Shown: positions 42,274 through 53,442 of the stretch, piece by piece
How the letters are laid out: each line of letters starts with the position of its first letter
Position numbering within the stretch: the first letter of the stretch is position 1
Assembly (NCBI GenBank): GCA_963697895.1
Contig: OY969100.1
Location: forward strand, 1,216,001 to 1,280,000
Source: an uncultured Methanomicrobiales archaeon
GTDB taxonomy: Archaea; Halobacteriota; Methanomicrobia; Methanomicrobiales; Methanospirillaceae
Length of the DNA: 64,000 nucleotides
Direction of reading: 5' to 3'
Translations under genes and position numbers: made by a program
Notes under the pieces: generated by a model
What the model was told of the DNA's origin: nothing
What the model saw: the letters and a program-made list of their open reading frames with translations, nothing else
The model's database searches: none

Positions 42274-43275
42274 ATGGGTGTAGCGCTGCGTGATATCCTG
42301 GCCGACTATAAAACCTCCGTTCCGTGGGAATCGCTCCCCGGGATCGCGGCGATAGACGCACACAACGCGTTTTACCAGTTTCTCTCGATCATCCGCCAGC
42401 CGGACGGCACCCCCCTGATGGACCGGAACGGGCGGGTCACCTCGCACCTCTCGGGGATCTTTTTCCGGACGATCAACCTGATCGAGCGCGGGATCCGCCC
42501 TGTTTACGTATTTGACGGAACACCCCCGGAGATCAAGGGGGAGACTGTGGCGGAGCGAAGGGCCGTCCGGAGGGAGGCCGGAAAGCGGTGGCAGGAGGCC
42601 CTCGATAAGGGGGACATTGCGGAGGCATACAAACAGGCCAGGGCATCGTCCCGGATAGATACGAACGTGATCGAGACCGCCCGGGCCCTCATCCACCTGA
42701 TGGGGATCCCGACCGTCCAGGCCCCGGGGGAGGGGGAAGCCCAGGCCGCCCATATGGCGATCCGGCGGGACGTCAGTTACGTCGTCTCACAGGACTACGA
42801 CACCCTCCTCTTCGGGGCGCCGGTCCTCGTCCGGAACCTGACGGTGAGCGGGAAACGGAAGGTCCATGGTCGGACGATCACCGTCTCCCCCGAACGGATC
42901 CAGCTCAGGGAAGTGCTCTCCGGCCTCCACCTCTCGCGGGAGCAGCTGATCGCGATCGGGATCCTCGTCGGGACCGATTTCAACCCCGGGGCCCGGGGAA
43001 TCGGGGCAAAGACCGCCCTGAAGCTGATCGCCCAGGGCGAATACCCCGGGATCCTCGCGGAAAAGCTCCCCGACCTCGACCCGGAACCCGTGATGGAGTA
43101 TTTCCTTCACCCACCGGTCACCGAGGACTATGCCCTCGCCTGGCACCCGCCCGACCGGGACGGGATCGTCCGGATGCTCTGCGAGGACTATGACTTCTCG
43201 CCGGACCGTGTCAGGAAGGCACTCGAGCAGATAACAGGACCGTCCGGCCAGAAGACGCTGGATGCCTGGTTCTGA
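42274..43275 (+). CDS. fen: Flap endonuclease 1
   Basis: [32 protein letters not shown]; C-terminal PIP box QKTLDAWF. Confidence 0.96.
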   Translation: MGVALRDILADYKTSVPWESLPGIAAIDAHNAFYQFLSIIRQPDGTPLMDRNGRVTSHLSGIFFRTINLIERGIRPVYVFDGTPPEIKGETVAERRAVRREAGKRWQEALDKGDIAEAYKQARASSRIDTNVIETARALIHLMGIPTVQAPGEGEAQAAHMAIRRDVSYVVSQDYDTLLFGAPVLVRNLTVSGKRKVHGRTITVSPERIQLREVLSGLHLSREQLIAIGILVGTDFNPGARGIGAKTALKLIAQGEYPGILAEKLPDLDPEPVMEYFLHPPVTEDYALAWHPPDRDGIVRMLCEDYDFSPDRVRKALEQITGPSGQKTLDAWF

Positions 43276-43353
43276 AAAGAGAGATGGTTGAAAGAAGGCA
43301 ACGTTCAGATCCGCATGCGTTCTCCGGCCCGATCCACATCCTTTCTCCGTTAG

Positions 43354-43680
43354 TTATCGTGGCGGTGTGTAGGGGATCCCGGATGCCTTCTTCATCGGCG
43401 CAACTCCCTTTTCGGGGGTGAGCAGCGGGGTGGTCAGATAGACTCTTTACCGTCCCTCCGGCAGAGACCGCTATCGCCAGGGCTGCAGCAGTGACATTGT
43501 CCGGCACAGTGGCCACGGCGGTAAAGTCGTACTTCCCGAAGGAGAACCACCCTCCCTGCAGTTTCCCCCCCATCTTTTCGAGGAGGACACACAGACCGCT
43601 TCTACACGGTTTTGCGGATTCTTCAGTAATGCAGCCGAACTTTCCGCGGTATAGGCTGCCTGTATCAGATAGTCTGGCAT
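43354..43680 (-). pseudogene. GYD domain protein with two frameshifts (pseudogene or sequencing errors)
   Basis: Stitched translation MPDYLIQAAYTAES..LKNPQNR / LEKMGGKL..WFSFGKYD..AVSAGG / TTPLLT..KKAS..YTPP*; breaks at ~43590 and ~43443. Confidence 0.65.
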
Positions 43681-43870
43681 ACAGAAGTGAACGGTCATCC
43701 TGGATGTATTAAAATATCCCGGAGCATTGAACACCCACGGGAAATGGGTGCCGGGATCACTTCGTCAGGGTTTTCACCGGGAGCCTGAGCATTCGGCCGC
43801 GGTTTCACGGAGAAACCTGAGCAGTCGGTTATTCAGCTCATGCCGGATTCCCCATGAAACCCATATCCCC

Positions 43871-44467
43871 CTATTTCATCTGCTTCCAGACATACACGAA
43901 CCGCTGAATCGCGGTGAGATTCCCGAGGACCCCGAAGATGACGAGGAGCCAGCCGAGGTACGAGAGCCCGAAGACGCCCATGGGAAGGAGGATCGTGAAG
44001 ACCCCGGCAAGGAGGGTGAGCAGGAGGCGATCTGCCCTCCCGAGGACCCCGCCATAGAACCGGCCCACGCCTACGGCCTGGGCCTGGGTCCCGAGATAGG
44101 AGGACATGAGGACCCCGGTGAGTGCGAGCACGCCGATCGGCCACGGGGCATACCCGCCGGCAAAGATACCGGTGATGATGAAGATATCCGCGTACCGGTC
44201 GACCACGTGATCGAGGAAGTCCCCGCGGGGGCTCTCGATCTGCATCGCCCGGGCAAGAGCACCGTCCAGGGAATCGCAGACCGCGTTGAAGAGGACGAGG
44301 ATGGTCCCGACCGGGACGTTCTGGTAATAGAACGCGATCCCTGCACCGATGGCGCCGAAGAACGAGGCGATCGTGAGAATGTTCGGGGTGAGGCCGATCC
44401 GGATGCAGAGGTTGACGAACGGGGCGATGATCCCTCTCACCTGCGGCCGGAACTGGTCCAGCGTCAT
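43871..44467 (-). CDS. CDP-alcohol phosphatidyltransferase (archaetidylinositol phosphate synthase-like)
   Basis: TPNILT, DSLDGALAR...GDFLDHVVDRYAD signature. Confidence 0.9.
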   Translation of the reverse strand: MTLDQFRPQVRGIIAPFVNLCIRIGLTPNILTIASFFGAIGAGIAFYYQNVPVGTILVLFNAVCDSLDGALARAMQIESPRGDFLDHVVDRYADIFIITGIFAGGYAPWPIGVLALTGVLMSSYLGTQAQAVGVGRFYGGVLGRADRLLLTLLAGVFTILLPMGVFGLSYLGWLLVIFGVLGNLTAIQRFVYVWKQMK

Positions 44468-44522
44468 GCGGGAGAGTTCCCCCTGCCATCCCTGTTTCGT
44501 GCCCTCTCTTCTCCTGCCTTCC

Positions 44523-45032
44523 TCATGCATCCCCCAGATAGGATGACCAGTCGTACGCCCCGTGTACCGGCGGGAGCGTTCCCCGGACAAATCGCATGAT
44601 CATGTCACAACCGTCACTAATACTCCTGTCGGTCGTATCCAGCTCGAAGATATGCCCGGGCGGGTGGCGTTCGAGCGTTTCGATCAGGATCACGTCCAAA
44701 GCCTCCGCCTCGACGTTCTCCCGGATCTTTCCTCTCGAATAGCCGCGGGCTTTCAGCCGCTGTTCCAGAACGTCCGGCCTGCACCTCAGGATGATAACCC
44801 GGTCGCAGGGGAGGAGATGCGCCAGGTGCCCCTCCACAAAACCGTCGAAGCGGGGGAACTCGGCCGCCCAGCGTTCTTCGTCGATAACGAGGGTATCCCG
44901 TTCCCTGTCCTCTTCGATCACGTACCGCCCGGTTGTTTCGGTGAGACGGAGGACCGGGATATCCCGTCGTATCAGTTCTTCCGCGATCGCGCTCTTCCCC
45001 GTTCCGGGAGTCCCGGTGATCCCGTACATCAT
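44523..45032 (-). CDS. Adenylate kinase, AK6/Fap7 type
   Basis: ITGTPGTGKS, VEGHLAH, RLKARGY...ENVEAE. Confidence 0.88.
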   Translation of the reverse strand: MMYGITGTPGTGKSAIAEELIRRDIPVLRLTETTGRYVIEEDRERDTLVIDEERWAAEFPRFDGFVEGHLAHLLPCDRVIILRCRPDVLEQRLKARGYSRGKIRENVEAEALDVILIETLERHPPGHIFELDTTDRSISDGCDMIMRFVRGTLPPVHGAYDWSSYLGDA

Positions 45033-45102
45033 GGCGAGTCAGTCTCTGTCCGCAACCCGGTTTACCCGCCCATGACTCGCATAAATCGCTTCATGGCTGC
45101 TG

Positions 45103-46176
45103 TTACCCGGATACTTGTGCATGGATATGATTGACCTCAGCTAAAAAGCGTTCGTTCTCCCATTCTTCCCCGATGCTCACCCGGATATAGTGATCCGCGA
45201 GTCCCTTGAAGCTGGTGCAGGACCGGACCAGCACCCCCCGTGCGGCCAGTTCTTCTGCCATTTCATTCCCGCTCCGGGGGGCAACGTCGACCATAACGAA
45301 ATTGGCATCGGACGGCGCCACCGGAAACCGGCACCCGGTCCGGTACCGTTCCCTCCACCGGCGGACATGTGCCACCGTCTCCTCCTGGTGGCGATCGTCC
45401 TCGAGCGCCCCCGCCGCCGCGGCCGCGGAGACGGAGTTCAGGGTAAATGGGGTGGCCGCCCGCAGGTAGAACGGTCGGAGCCACCCGGGGACGAACGCAT
45501 ACCCGATACGGAGCCCGGCGAGCGAGAAGATCTTCGACATCGTCCGCCCGATGATCAGGTTATCGTACCGCTTCAAAAGCGGCCGGTAGTCGATCCCCGA
45601 GAACTCCACGTACGCGTTGTCCAGGAAGAGAACCCCGTCGATTGCCTCCAGGATCTTCCCGATCACCGCCGGCGGGGTCGCGTTCCCGGTCGGGTTGTTC
45701 GGGGAACAGAGGAAGGAGCACTTCGCGATCGATGCCGCTTCGATGAACGCGTCCGCATCTACGCCAAACGTTCCGTCCCGTGGGACGCAGACCACTTCCG
45801 CGGATGCAGCGGTCGCTGCGAGCCCATAGAAGGAGAACGTCGGGGTGGCGATCACGACCCGGTCCCCGGGGTCCACGAGGGTCCGGACCACTGTCTCGAT
45901 CACCCCGTCCATCCCGACACCGGTGACGAACGGATACTCCCCGTGGTAGGCCCGCAGCCGGTCCACGAGTGACTGCATCAGCTCGTCGGGATACCGGTTC
46001 GCCCGTTGCAGCGCCTCGGTACCGCGCGCGATCGCCCAATCCGACGGGGGGAGCGGGTTCTCGTTGCTTGCCAGCCGGGCTATGCGCTCATGGCCATATT
46101 CGGCGGCGATCGCCTCGGCCTTCTTCGCAAATACATACCCTTCCTGCCGGAAACAGTCCCTAACCAAGTGCTCCAT
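45103..46176 (-). CDS. hisC: Histidinol-phosphate aminotransferase
   Basis: LASNENP, NRYP, SPNNPTG, DNAYVEF, RTMSKIFSLAGLRIGY. Confidence 0.9.
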   Translation of the reverse strand: MEHLVRDCFRQEGYVFAKKAEAIAAEYGHERIARLASNENPLPPSDWAIARGTEALQRANRYPDELMQSLVDRLRAYHGEYPFVTGVGMDGVIETVVRTLVDPGDRVVIATPTFSFYGLAATAASAEVVCVPRDGTFGVDADAFIEAASIAKCSFLCSPNNPTGNATPPAVIGKILEAIDGVLFLDNAYVEFSGIDYRPLLKRYDNLIIGRTMSKIFSLAGLRIGYAFVPGWLRPFYLRAATPFTLNSVSAAAAAGALEDDRHQEETVAHVRRWRERYRTGCRFPVAPSDANFVMVDVAPRSGNEMAEELAARGVLVRSCTSFKGLADHYIRVSIGEEWENERFLAEVNHIHAQVSG

Positions 46177-47296
46177 GAAGGACCTCGATCACGGTATCGA
46201 TCTCGGAATCGGAGATGATGAGCGGGGGCACCAGCCGGATATTGCCGTCCGCGGCGCAGTTGACCAGGACCCCCTGCTCCGCACATCTCCGCTGTACATC
46301 TGCACACCGGTCCCCGACGGTGATGCCGATCATGAGGCCACGGACCCGGGGGTTGTACTCGGAGAGCCCGTTCCGGAACCGCTCTCCCTTCCGGGCAATC
46401 TCCGGCATGACCTCCTCGATCACCCGGATGGTGGCAAGTGCGGCTGCACACGCGAGGGGCCCGCCGGCGAATGTGCTGCCATGCTCGCTCTTTTTGAATT
46501 CAAGCCCTTCCCGGGCGGCGAGCGCGCCCATCGGGAACCCGCTCGCGATACCCTTCGCAAGGGTCACGATATCGGGTTTCACCCCGGTATGCCCGATGGC
46601 GAGCCAGGCCCCTGTCCGGCCCATGCCACTCTGGACCTCGTCGTCGATCATCAGCGCCCCCCGGTCGTCACAGCACTTCCGGATCCCCCGGATGAAGCCG
46701 TCGTCCGGGATGATGACGCCAGCCTCCCCCTGGATCGGTTCCACGAAGACCCCCGCGACCGTCTCGTCGACCGCCTGTTCCACCCCTTCCATGTCACCGT
46801 ACTCAACGAACCTGCACTCCGGTTCGAGTGGCAGGAACGGCTCCCGGATGGCCGGTTTGTGGGTGACCGCAAGGGATCCCATCGTCCTCCCGTGGAACCC
46901 GTGGGTGAAGGCGACGAACTTCTTCCTCCCCGTCGCGAGCCGGGCGAGTTTGATCGCCCCTTCATTCGCCTCCGCACCCGAGTTGGAGAAGAAGGCCTTG
47001 TGCATGCCGGTGATCTCCACCACCTTCTTTGCGAGCTCCGCCTGGTGGGGTACATAGTAGAGGTTTGAGCAATGGATCAGCTCCCCGGACTGTTCGCAGA
47101 TCGCCCTCACGACCTGCGGGTGGCAGTGGCCGGTACTGCAGACCGCAATACCGGCGACGCAGTCGATATACGTATTCCCCTCGGCATCCCACACCCGGGA
47201 CCCTTTCCCCCTGACGATCATCATCTCCCGCGTGAACGCAGGCATATAATACCGGGCATCCAGTTCGCGATACGAACCATCACTCTTCATCATCAT
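46160..47296 (-). CDS. argD: Acetylornithine aminotransferase
   Basis: NSGAEANEGAIK, FHGRT, EPIQGEAG, DEVQSGMGRTG, TLAKG, HGSTFAG. Confidence 0.9.
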   Translation of the reverse strand: MMMKSDGSYRELDARYYMPAFTREMMIVRGKGSRVWDAEGNTYIDCVAGIAVCSTGHCHPQVVRAICEQSGELIHCSNLYYVPHQAELAKKVVEITGMHKAFFSNSGAEANEGAIKLARLATGRKKFVAFTHGFHGRTMGSLAVTHKPAIREPFLPLEPECRFVEYGDMEGVEQAVDETVAGVFVEPIQGEAGVIIPDDGFIRGIRKCCDDRGALMIDDEVQSGMGRTGAWLAIGHTGVKPDIVTLAKGIASGFPMGALAAREGLEFKKSEHGSTFAGGPLACAAALATIRVIEEVMPEIARKGERFRNGLSEYNPRVRGLMIGITVGDRCADVQRRCAEQGVLVNCAADGNIRLVPPLIISDSEIDTVIEVLHGALG

Positions 47297-47317
47297 TCAC
47301 TCCAGTTCAAACGCTGT

Positions 47318-48235
47318 TTACTCATATTCGATCGTCGCCGGCGGTTTCGAGGTGATATCATAGACCACCCGGGTGACGCTCGGGATCTCCGCGGTAATGC
47401 GGGAGGAAACAAGGTCCAGCACCTCATAAGGTAGCCGGATCGGATCCGCGGTCATCCCGTCCCGCGAATTCACCGCCCGGACGGCGACCACCCAGCCGTG
47501 AACCCGGTTATCTCCCTTTACTCCTGTCGCAAGACCGAGGAGCGCTGCAAAGCACTGCCAGGGACCAAACCGCTCGACGATCTCCTCCTCGACGATCCCG
47601 TTCGCCTCACGGACGACCGCGATCTTCTCGGGGGTGACCTCCCCGATCACCCGGACCGCGAGCCCCGGTCCCGGGAACGGCATCCGGTGCTGGATCTCCG
47701 GGGGGAGACCCAGGGCACCGGCCACGACCCGAACCTCGTCCTTGTACAGGTCACGGAGTGGTTCTATCACCTTTCGGAAGGCGATATCGACCGGCATGCC
47801 CCCCACGTTGTGGTGGCTCTTGATCCCCCCTTCACTCTCGATCCGGTCCGGGTAGATCGTTCCCTGCAGGAGGCAGGTTGCTCCCGTCCGCTTCGCCTCC
47901 CGTTCGAAGACACGGATGAACCGTTCTCCGATCACCTTCCGCTTCGCCTCCGGGTCGGTTATCCCCTTAAGAGCGGAGAAGAACTCATCGCCGGCCTGGA
48001 TAATATGCAGGTCCAGATCCCCGAAGATCTCAGAGATCCGGGCCGTCTCTCCCTTTCGCATCAGCCCGGTGTCGACGTAGATCGCCACCAGTCGGTCGCC
48101 GACCGCACGGCGTGCGAGGGCCGCACAGACCGAGCTGTCTACACCCCCGGAGAGGGCTATGACCACCCGGTCGCTGCCGACTTCGCCCCGGATCTCCTCT
48201 TCCGAAGACCGGATAAACCGCTCGGCATCGACCAT
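47318..48235 (-). CDS. guaAB: GMP synthase subunit B (ATP pyrophosphatase)
   Basis: [44 protein letters not shown]. Confidence 0.95.
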   Translation of the reverse strand: MVDAERFIRSSEEEIRGEVGSDRVVIALSGGVDSSVCAALARRAVGDRLVAIYVDTGLMRKGETARISEIFGDLDLHIIQAGDEFFSALKGITDPEAKRKVIGERFIRVFEREAKRTGATCLLQGTIYPDRIESEGGIKSHHNVGGMPVDIAFRKVIEPLRDLYKDEVRVVAGALGLPPEIQHRMPFPGPGLAVRVIGEVTPEKIAVVREANGIVEEEIVERFGPWQCFAALLGLATGVKGDNRVHGWVVAVRAVNSRDGMTADPIRLPYEVLDLVSSRITAEIPSVTRVVYDITSKPPATIEYE

Positions 48236-48239
48236 CGAT

Positions 48240-49826
48240 TCACCTCGTTCCGCCGGCATTATGTTCCCTGCAGGCCTTCACAAACCCGATAAACGGTGGG
48301 GACGGGCGTGCCGGCCGCGAACGGAACTCCGGGTGGAACTGAGTGGCGAGGAAGAACGGGTGCTCCGGGATCTCACAGATCTCCATCCGGTTCTCGCAGG
48401 TGCCTGAAAAGACGAGCCCGGCTCCTTCCAGGTCCGGAACATATGCGGGATCCACCTCGTACCGGTGCCGGTGACGCTCCACAATCTCCCGCGACCCATA
48501 GAGCTCCATCGCACGCGTATTCTCCTTAAGCACAATCCGGTAATCCCCGAGGCGCATCGTACCCCCGAGATCGGTCACCCCCTCCTGTTCGGGAAGGATC
48601 GCGATCACCTGTTTTCCTTCCCCGAGTTCGCCGCTCGTCGCATTCTCCCAGGAAAGGACGTTCCGGGCATACTCCACCACCGCCATCTGGAAACCGAGAC
48701 AAAGCCCCAGCAGGGGTATCTTCGATATCCGGGCTACTTCGATCGCCCGGATCTTTCCCTCTATTCCCCGCTTCCCGAACCCCCCGGGGATCAGGATGCC
48801 GTCATATTCGAGGATCTGCTTATCTTCGAAGCGTTCCGCATCGAGCCAGGTTATCTTCGGCTCGACCGCGAGCGCCCGCCCTGCATGCTTGAGTGCCTCC
48901 TTGATACTCAGGTAAACGTCTTCAATCCCGTATTTGCTCACGATCGCGACATTGATCCGGCTCGTATACGCACGGCTGACAAGGCGGTACCACTCGGTAT
49001 CCGCCTCGCGTTTATCCAGTTTCAGGTGATTCGAGAGGACGTCCGCGATCCCGTCCTTCTCCATCTCGATCGGGACCTGGTAGGTATCCGGCACCGTCGC
49101 CGCGCTGATCACCCCGCGTTCGGGGAGGTCGCAGAACGCGGAGATCTTCCGCTTGGTCCCGGAGCTGATCGGCCGGTCGCTCCTCCCGACGATGATGTCC
49201 GCGTGGAGACCCAGTTCGCGGAGTGCCTTGACCGAGTGCTGGGTGGGTTTTGTTTTCAGGTCTCCCATCGTGTCCGAGGGTATAAGGGTGACATGGATGA
49301 GGACCGTATCTTCGTACGGGAGTTCGCCCCGCATCTGCCGGACCGCCTCGAGGAAGGGCATGCTCTCGATATCGCCGACGGTTCCTCCTATTTCGACCAG
49401 ACAAACGTCGGCGGTTCCGCCCCCACGGAGCTCTTCCTCCGCTGCAGAACCGATGCATGACTTGATCTGGTCGGTGATATGCGGGATGATCTGGACCGTC
49501 TCTCCGAGAAAATCCCCCCTCCGCTCCATCTCGATAACGGTCCGGTACACCTTTCCGGTCGTGATGTTATGCGGTGCGGTGAGTTCGATATCTAAAAAAC
49601 GTTCGTAATTCCCGAGATCCAGGTCGACTTCGCTCCCGTCCGAGAGGACGAAGACCTCCCCGTGCTGTGCAGGATTCATCGTTCCTGCATCGATATTGAG
49701 ATACGGGTCGATCTTTACCGCCGTCACCCGGTACCCGCGGTTCTTCAGGATGCGACCGACCGATGCCGCCGTGATCCCTTTTCCGAGCCCGCTCATCACC
49801 CCTCCGGTGATAAAAATATATTTCAC
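48240..49826 (-). CDS. pyrG: CTP synthase
   Basis: [43 protein letters not shown]. Confidence 0.97.
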   Translation of the reverse strand: MKYIFITGGVMSGLGKGITAASVGRILKNRGYRVTAVKIDPYLNIDAGTMNPAQHGEVFVLSDGSEVDLDLGNYERFLDIELTAPHNITTGKVYRTVIEMERRGDFLGETVQIIPHITDQIKSCIGSAAEEELRGGGTADVCLVEIGGTVGDIESMPFLEAVRQMRGELPYEDTVLIHVTLIPSDTMGDLKTKPTQHSVKALRELGLHADIIVGRSDRPISSGTKRKISAFCDLPERGVISAATVPDTYQVPIEMEKDGIADVLSNHLKLDKREADTEWYRLVSRAYTSRINVAIVSKYGIEDVYLSIKEALKHAGRALAVEPKITWLDAERFEDKQILEYDGILIPGGFGKRGIEGKIRAIEVARISKIPLLGLCLGFQMAVVEYARNVLSWENATSGELGEGKQVIAILPEQEGVTDLGGTMRLGDYRIVLKENTRAMELYGSREIVERHRHRYEVDPAYVPDLEGAGLVFSGTCENRMEICEIPEHPFFLATQFHPEFRSRPARPSPPFIGFVKACREHNAGGTR

Positions 49827-49996
49827 TTCCGCACATCCCCTCGTCTGTTCTCCAAGTCACTAAGCGTGGGTCACCCGGACAGATAGTTTTATTCTCCCTG
49901 TCCAGCCCGGGGGATTTTCCTGGATTTGAGCAGTCGGAACGACCGGTCAGGAACCGATGAACTTGGGCATCCGTTACCAGAAAATAACAGAATTAT

Positions 49997-50416
49997 TTAT
50001 GCTTTGGTGAGCGCAAATGCGGCGGTCGTCCGGGACATCACCTGCCCTCCGACCCGTGGATCACGCACCTCCGCCTCGGCAAACGCCACCCGGCGGCCCT
50101 TTTTCACTACCTTTCCCCAGGCGACGATAAACCCGTCCCGGGCGCCCCGCATGAAACTTGTTGTCTCCGATATGGTCGCCATCGTCTCACCCTCGGTGAG
50201 AAGGGAGTATATGGCGAGGACCATCGCCTCGTCCGCGAGCGCCGTGAACATTCCTCCCTGGAGCCATCCCTCCCCGTTAAGCATGTCCGGCCGGATCTCC
50301 ATCCGGAGAGCGGCCTTCCCGTCCATAATCTCCATGACATCAATGCCCATCAGGCAGAAAAACGGGTTTGCCTCCCGGCCGCATTCCTTGATCTGCTCGA
50401 AATAGCTCATCGTCAT
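49997..50416 (-). CDS. PaaI family thioesterase
   Basis: NPFF..MGI, LNGEGWLQGG..ALADEAM, GRRVAFAE. Confidence 0.85.
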   Translation of the reverse strand: MTMSYFEQIKECGREANPFFCLMGIDVMEIMDGKAALRMEIRPDMLNGEGWLQGGMFTALADEAMVLAIYSLLTEGETMATISETTSFMRGARDGFIVAWGKVVKKGRRVAFAEAEVRDPRVGGQVMSRTTAAFALTKA

Positions 50417-50512
50417 CCGGGAGTGATACGGGCTGTTTATGCATAACGGTTCCCCTGGTCAACCCTGCCCGCCGCGATCCTTATTTAGCCGGTGCCGGAA
50501 TAATCTATCTGT

Positions 50513-50743
50513 ATGGAGCCCCTGGACACCAAAGAGATGCTCGCCGACCTCCTCTGGCTCAATGCGGTGATTGCCACCGAATTGATCCAGGTCACCGAGA
50601 ATACCTCCGCAATCCTCCGGAAGAGCCCGCCCCCCGCGGCGTGTATTGCCGAGCATGCCGAACTCAGGGCGACCGTGCTCGCAATCGCTGAGAAATACCG
50701 GCCCGGTACAATGCTCAGGCAGCATATCATAGGGCATGAGTAG
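50513..50743 (+). CDS. Small conserved-looking hypothetical protein
   Basis: 76-aa helical ORF (LLWLNAVIATELIQVTEN) with an ATG start after an AT-rich stretch. Confidence 0.55.
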   Translation: MEPLDTKEMLADLLWLNAVIATELIQVTENTSAILRKSPPPAACIAEHAELRATVLAIAEKYRPGTMLRQHIIGHE

Positions 50744-50941
50744 AATTATCCCGTGGTGCGACGCAATCCTAACCGGAGAAAAACCTGGGAAATGTCCCTG
50801 TCCTTTCCCGTTCTTCCCAGAACGGATACAGGGAAATGGCATAGTATATTCTGCAGACACCGATGACCGAACTGTTGCGACCGGTAGAGGCCGGATATCC
50901 ATGAAAAGGAGACGTAAGGTCAGGAAAGAGGGGGAAGACCC

Positions 50942-51637
50942 ATAACCCCCGCCTTCTCCCTCATCATACCGGCGTACAACGAGGAGAGACGGATCCCCAC
51001 CCTGCTCGATTCGATCACCGACACGAGAGGGGAGTACATCTTCGTCTGCGACGGGACCGACGGGACCGCAGACCTCGTCGACCGGTTCAGGGAAACGCAT
51101 CCCGGGATACCGATCCGTTGCCTTCGATTCGATCAGAGGCTCGGAAAGGGAGGCGGCGTGCGTGAAGGTCTCGTCGTCGCTTCCGCCCCCCTCGTGGGGT
51201 TTATGGATGCGGACTGTTCGGCCTCGATCAAAGCGATGATGAATCTTTTTGATGCAATCGGTACGGCAGACGGGGCAATCGGGTCCCGGTGGGTCGAGGG
51301 TGCCGTGCTCGTTGAACCGCAGGGGCTTGCCCGGAGGGTGCAGAGCAGGGGGTTCAACCTGCTGATCCGGCTCCTTTTTTCCCTCCCGTACCGAGACACC
51401 CAGTGCGGGGCCAAAGTATTCCGGAAATCCGCGGTGGATGCGGTTCTTCCGGAGATGCAAGCGACCGGTTTTGAATTTGATGTCGAACTCCTCTGGCGCC
51501 TGAACCGGGCCGGTTTTATTATCCGGGAGGTTCCCATCGTCTGGGAGAACAGGCAGGGATCCAGGGTGCGGAGTTCGGATATGATCCAGATGCTGGCGGG
51601 GCTGCTCCGTATCAGGTTTGGCCAGGTGAGAAGATGA
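50942..51637 (+). CDS. GT2 glycosyltransferase (dolichol-phosphate hexosyltransferase-like); start unresolved
   Basis: Frame is open upstream of 51158: FSLIIPAYNEERRI..GKGGGVREG, FMDAD, DTQCGAK, FEFDVELL. No canonical start after TAA at 50915, so either ATA at 50942 or a frameshift from ATG 50901. Confidence 0.85.
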   Translation: MTPAFSLIIPAYNEERRIPTLLDSITDTRGEYIFVCDGTDGTADLVDRFRETHPGIPIRCLRFDQRLGKGGGVREGLVVASAPLVGFMDADCSASIKAMMNLFDAIGTADGAIGSRWVEGAVLVEPQGLARRVQSRGFNLLIRLLFSLPYRDTQCGAKVFRKSAVDAVLPEMQATGFEFDVELLWRLNRAGFIIREVPIVWENRQGSRVRSSDMIQMLAGLLRIRFGQVRR

Positions 51638-53442
51638 GTCCGGTTGCCGAAGATCTGAAAAAGGAGGCGTTCGATCTCTTTGAGCAGGGGATGTATGCGG
51701 ATGCATATGCGATCTGTACAACCCTGCTTGAGGGGGAAAAAGATCCCTCGATTGCCGTGCTCCGGGCGACCATCCTTCTCTCCATGGGTCATCTCGACGA
51801 GGCGGAGGCTCATTTCCGGGACCTGGCCGAAAAGATGCCGGATTCGTCCTATGTTCACAGTTACCTCGGAGCTGTTCTCGACCAGAAAGGGGATGAGGGT
51901 GCCGTTGCCGAATACGCGATGGCAGTCCTCCTCGATCCGACCAATGCGGATGCTCTGCGAAGGTACAGCCGGTATCTGATGGCTTCCGGGGACTATGCCG
52001 CGGCGCTCGCGCCGCTCCGGCAGCTGGTGGCACTCCAGGGGAAGGAAGAGGAACTCCTGCACCTGATGCGGGCACTGACAGAGACCGGAAGGGCGGATGA
52101 GGCGATATACCTGCATGACACCCGTTTCGGCGAACGGGGGTTCGGGATCGAGTACCTTGATGCGCTCGCAGCCTGCGGCAGGCATCAGAAGGCATCCGAG
52201 ATCGCGTTGCGCGCATACCAGGCGACAGAGGCCCCCGTATTTCTCCGCCGGCATCTCGCGTCCCGTGCCCGGTTCGACCCTGCCGGGGCACGGGCAGAGT
52301 ATGAAGCAGCACTCGTAACGAACCAGGATCCGGATATCGCCATGGACTATTGTCACTTCCTGCAGGGAAGGGCAGAATTTGAGGAGGCGCTCGCGCTTGC
52401 CCGTTCGATCATCATCAGTTCCGGCGCGGGAGAGGCCCGGCTCACACAGTGCGAGCTCCTCTCGGCGCTTTCCCGGAAAGACGAAGCCCTCGGATGCTAC
52501 GAGCAGCTGATAACCGCAGAGCTGAAGTCCATGGACGACCTCGATACACTGGCCAGGGTCATCCCGCGGTACCGTGAATTCCTGCAGATGTATTACCCGA
52601 TGAAGGAGATGGTTCCCCGGTTCGTTTCCCTCGTCTCATCGCACGCGAACGTGGTCTGCCTTCTCGCGACCGCCCGGTTTTACGAAGACCTCGGCGACCC
52701 GCTCGAGGCCCGTTCATGGTATTACCGCGCATACCGGAGTGATTTTCTCCCCGGAGGAGTTGCATATGCAGAGTTTCTCTCCCGCCATGACGACCTCCGG
52801 GAATGTGAAAAGGTCATGATCTATGTCCTGAACAATATCCGTAAGACCACCGATCTCCTCCGGGTTGCCCGGGTGATGGTGGAAGACCAGAAGATGCGGT
52901 ACCAGCTGAAACGGTTTCTCGGAAAGCTCCTCGAAAAGCTTCAGGAGCGTATCCCTACCCTCGGCTCGCAGGGCCTCGAACTCCTTGCCGTCGCGTTTCT
53001 CCTCGCGGGCACAGATGCGATCGAGCGAAAAGACTACGTCCGGGGAAAGGAGTACTGCCTCCGGGGGCTCGATGTTCTCCCTCCTTCGTCATGTTATGTG
53101 CGGCCGAAGGATTTCCTCGGGCTGATCGAGACCTGCAAGGACCATTCCCTTGCCGACCGGCCGATTCTTGCCGGGACGGGGACGGGCGGAACGGCGGTAA
53201 CCGCACCTTCCCCGCCGATCACCCTCCTCCTGGACCTGGATGAACGGGAACGGACGATCCTCGCGTTCCTCCAGTTGCACCGGAGGGCAAGCGAGATGGA
53301 GCTCCGGAAGATCACCGGATCGCGGCGGGTGGTCGGCTTGGTGAACCGGCTGGTGCAGAAAGCCTCGGTGAAAGGTCTGAAGATAATCGAGAAGAAAGGA
53401 TGGGGAGAGGATGGTGAGATCTATGAATACAGCGGGCCCTGA
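51634..53442 (+). CDS. TPR-repeat protein with C-terminal winged-helix-like domain
   Basis: TPR pattern (LG.L....G...EA...Y..A..LDP.N..A); C-terminal ERTILAFLQ..ASEMELRKI..GLVNRL. Confidence 0.75.
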   Translation: MSPVAEDLKKEAFDLFEQGMYADAYAICTTLLEGEKDPSIAVLRATILLSMGHLDEAEAHFRDLAEKMPDSSYVHSYLGAVLDQKGDEGAVAEYAMAVLLDPTNADALRRYSRYLMASGDYAAALAPLRQLVALQGKEEELLHLMRALTETGRADEAIYLHDTRFGERGFGIEYLDALAACGRHQKASEIALRAYQATEAPVFLRRHLASRARFDPAGARAEYEAALVTNQDPDIAMDYCHFLQGRAEFEEALALARSIIISSGAGEARLTQCELLSALSRKDEALGCYEQLITAELKSMDDLDTLARVIPRYREFLQMYYPMKEMVPRFVSLVSSHANVVCLLATARFYEDLGDPLEARSWYYRAYRSDFLPGGVAYAEFLSRHDDLRECEKVMIYVLNNIRKTTDLLRVARVMVEDQKMRYQLKRFLGKLLEKLQERIPTLGSQGLELLAVAFLLAGTDAIERKDYVRGKEYCLRGLDVLPPSSCYVRPKDFLGLIETCKDHSLADRPILAGTGTGGTAVTAPSPPITLLLDLDERERTILAFLQLHRRASEMELRKITGSRRVVGLVNRLVQKASVKGLKIIEKKGWGEDGEIYEYSGP

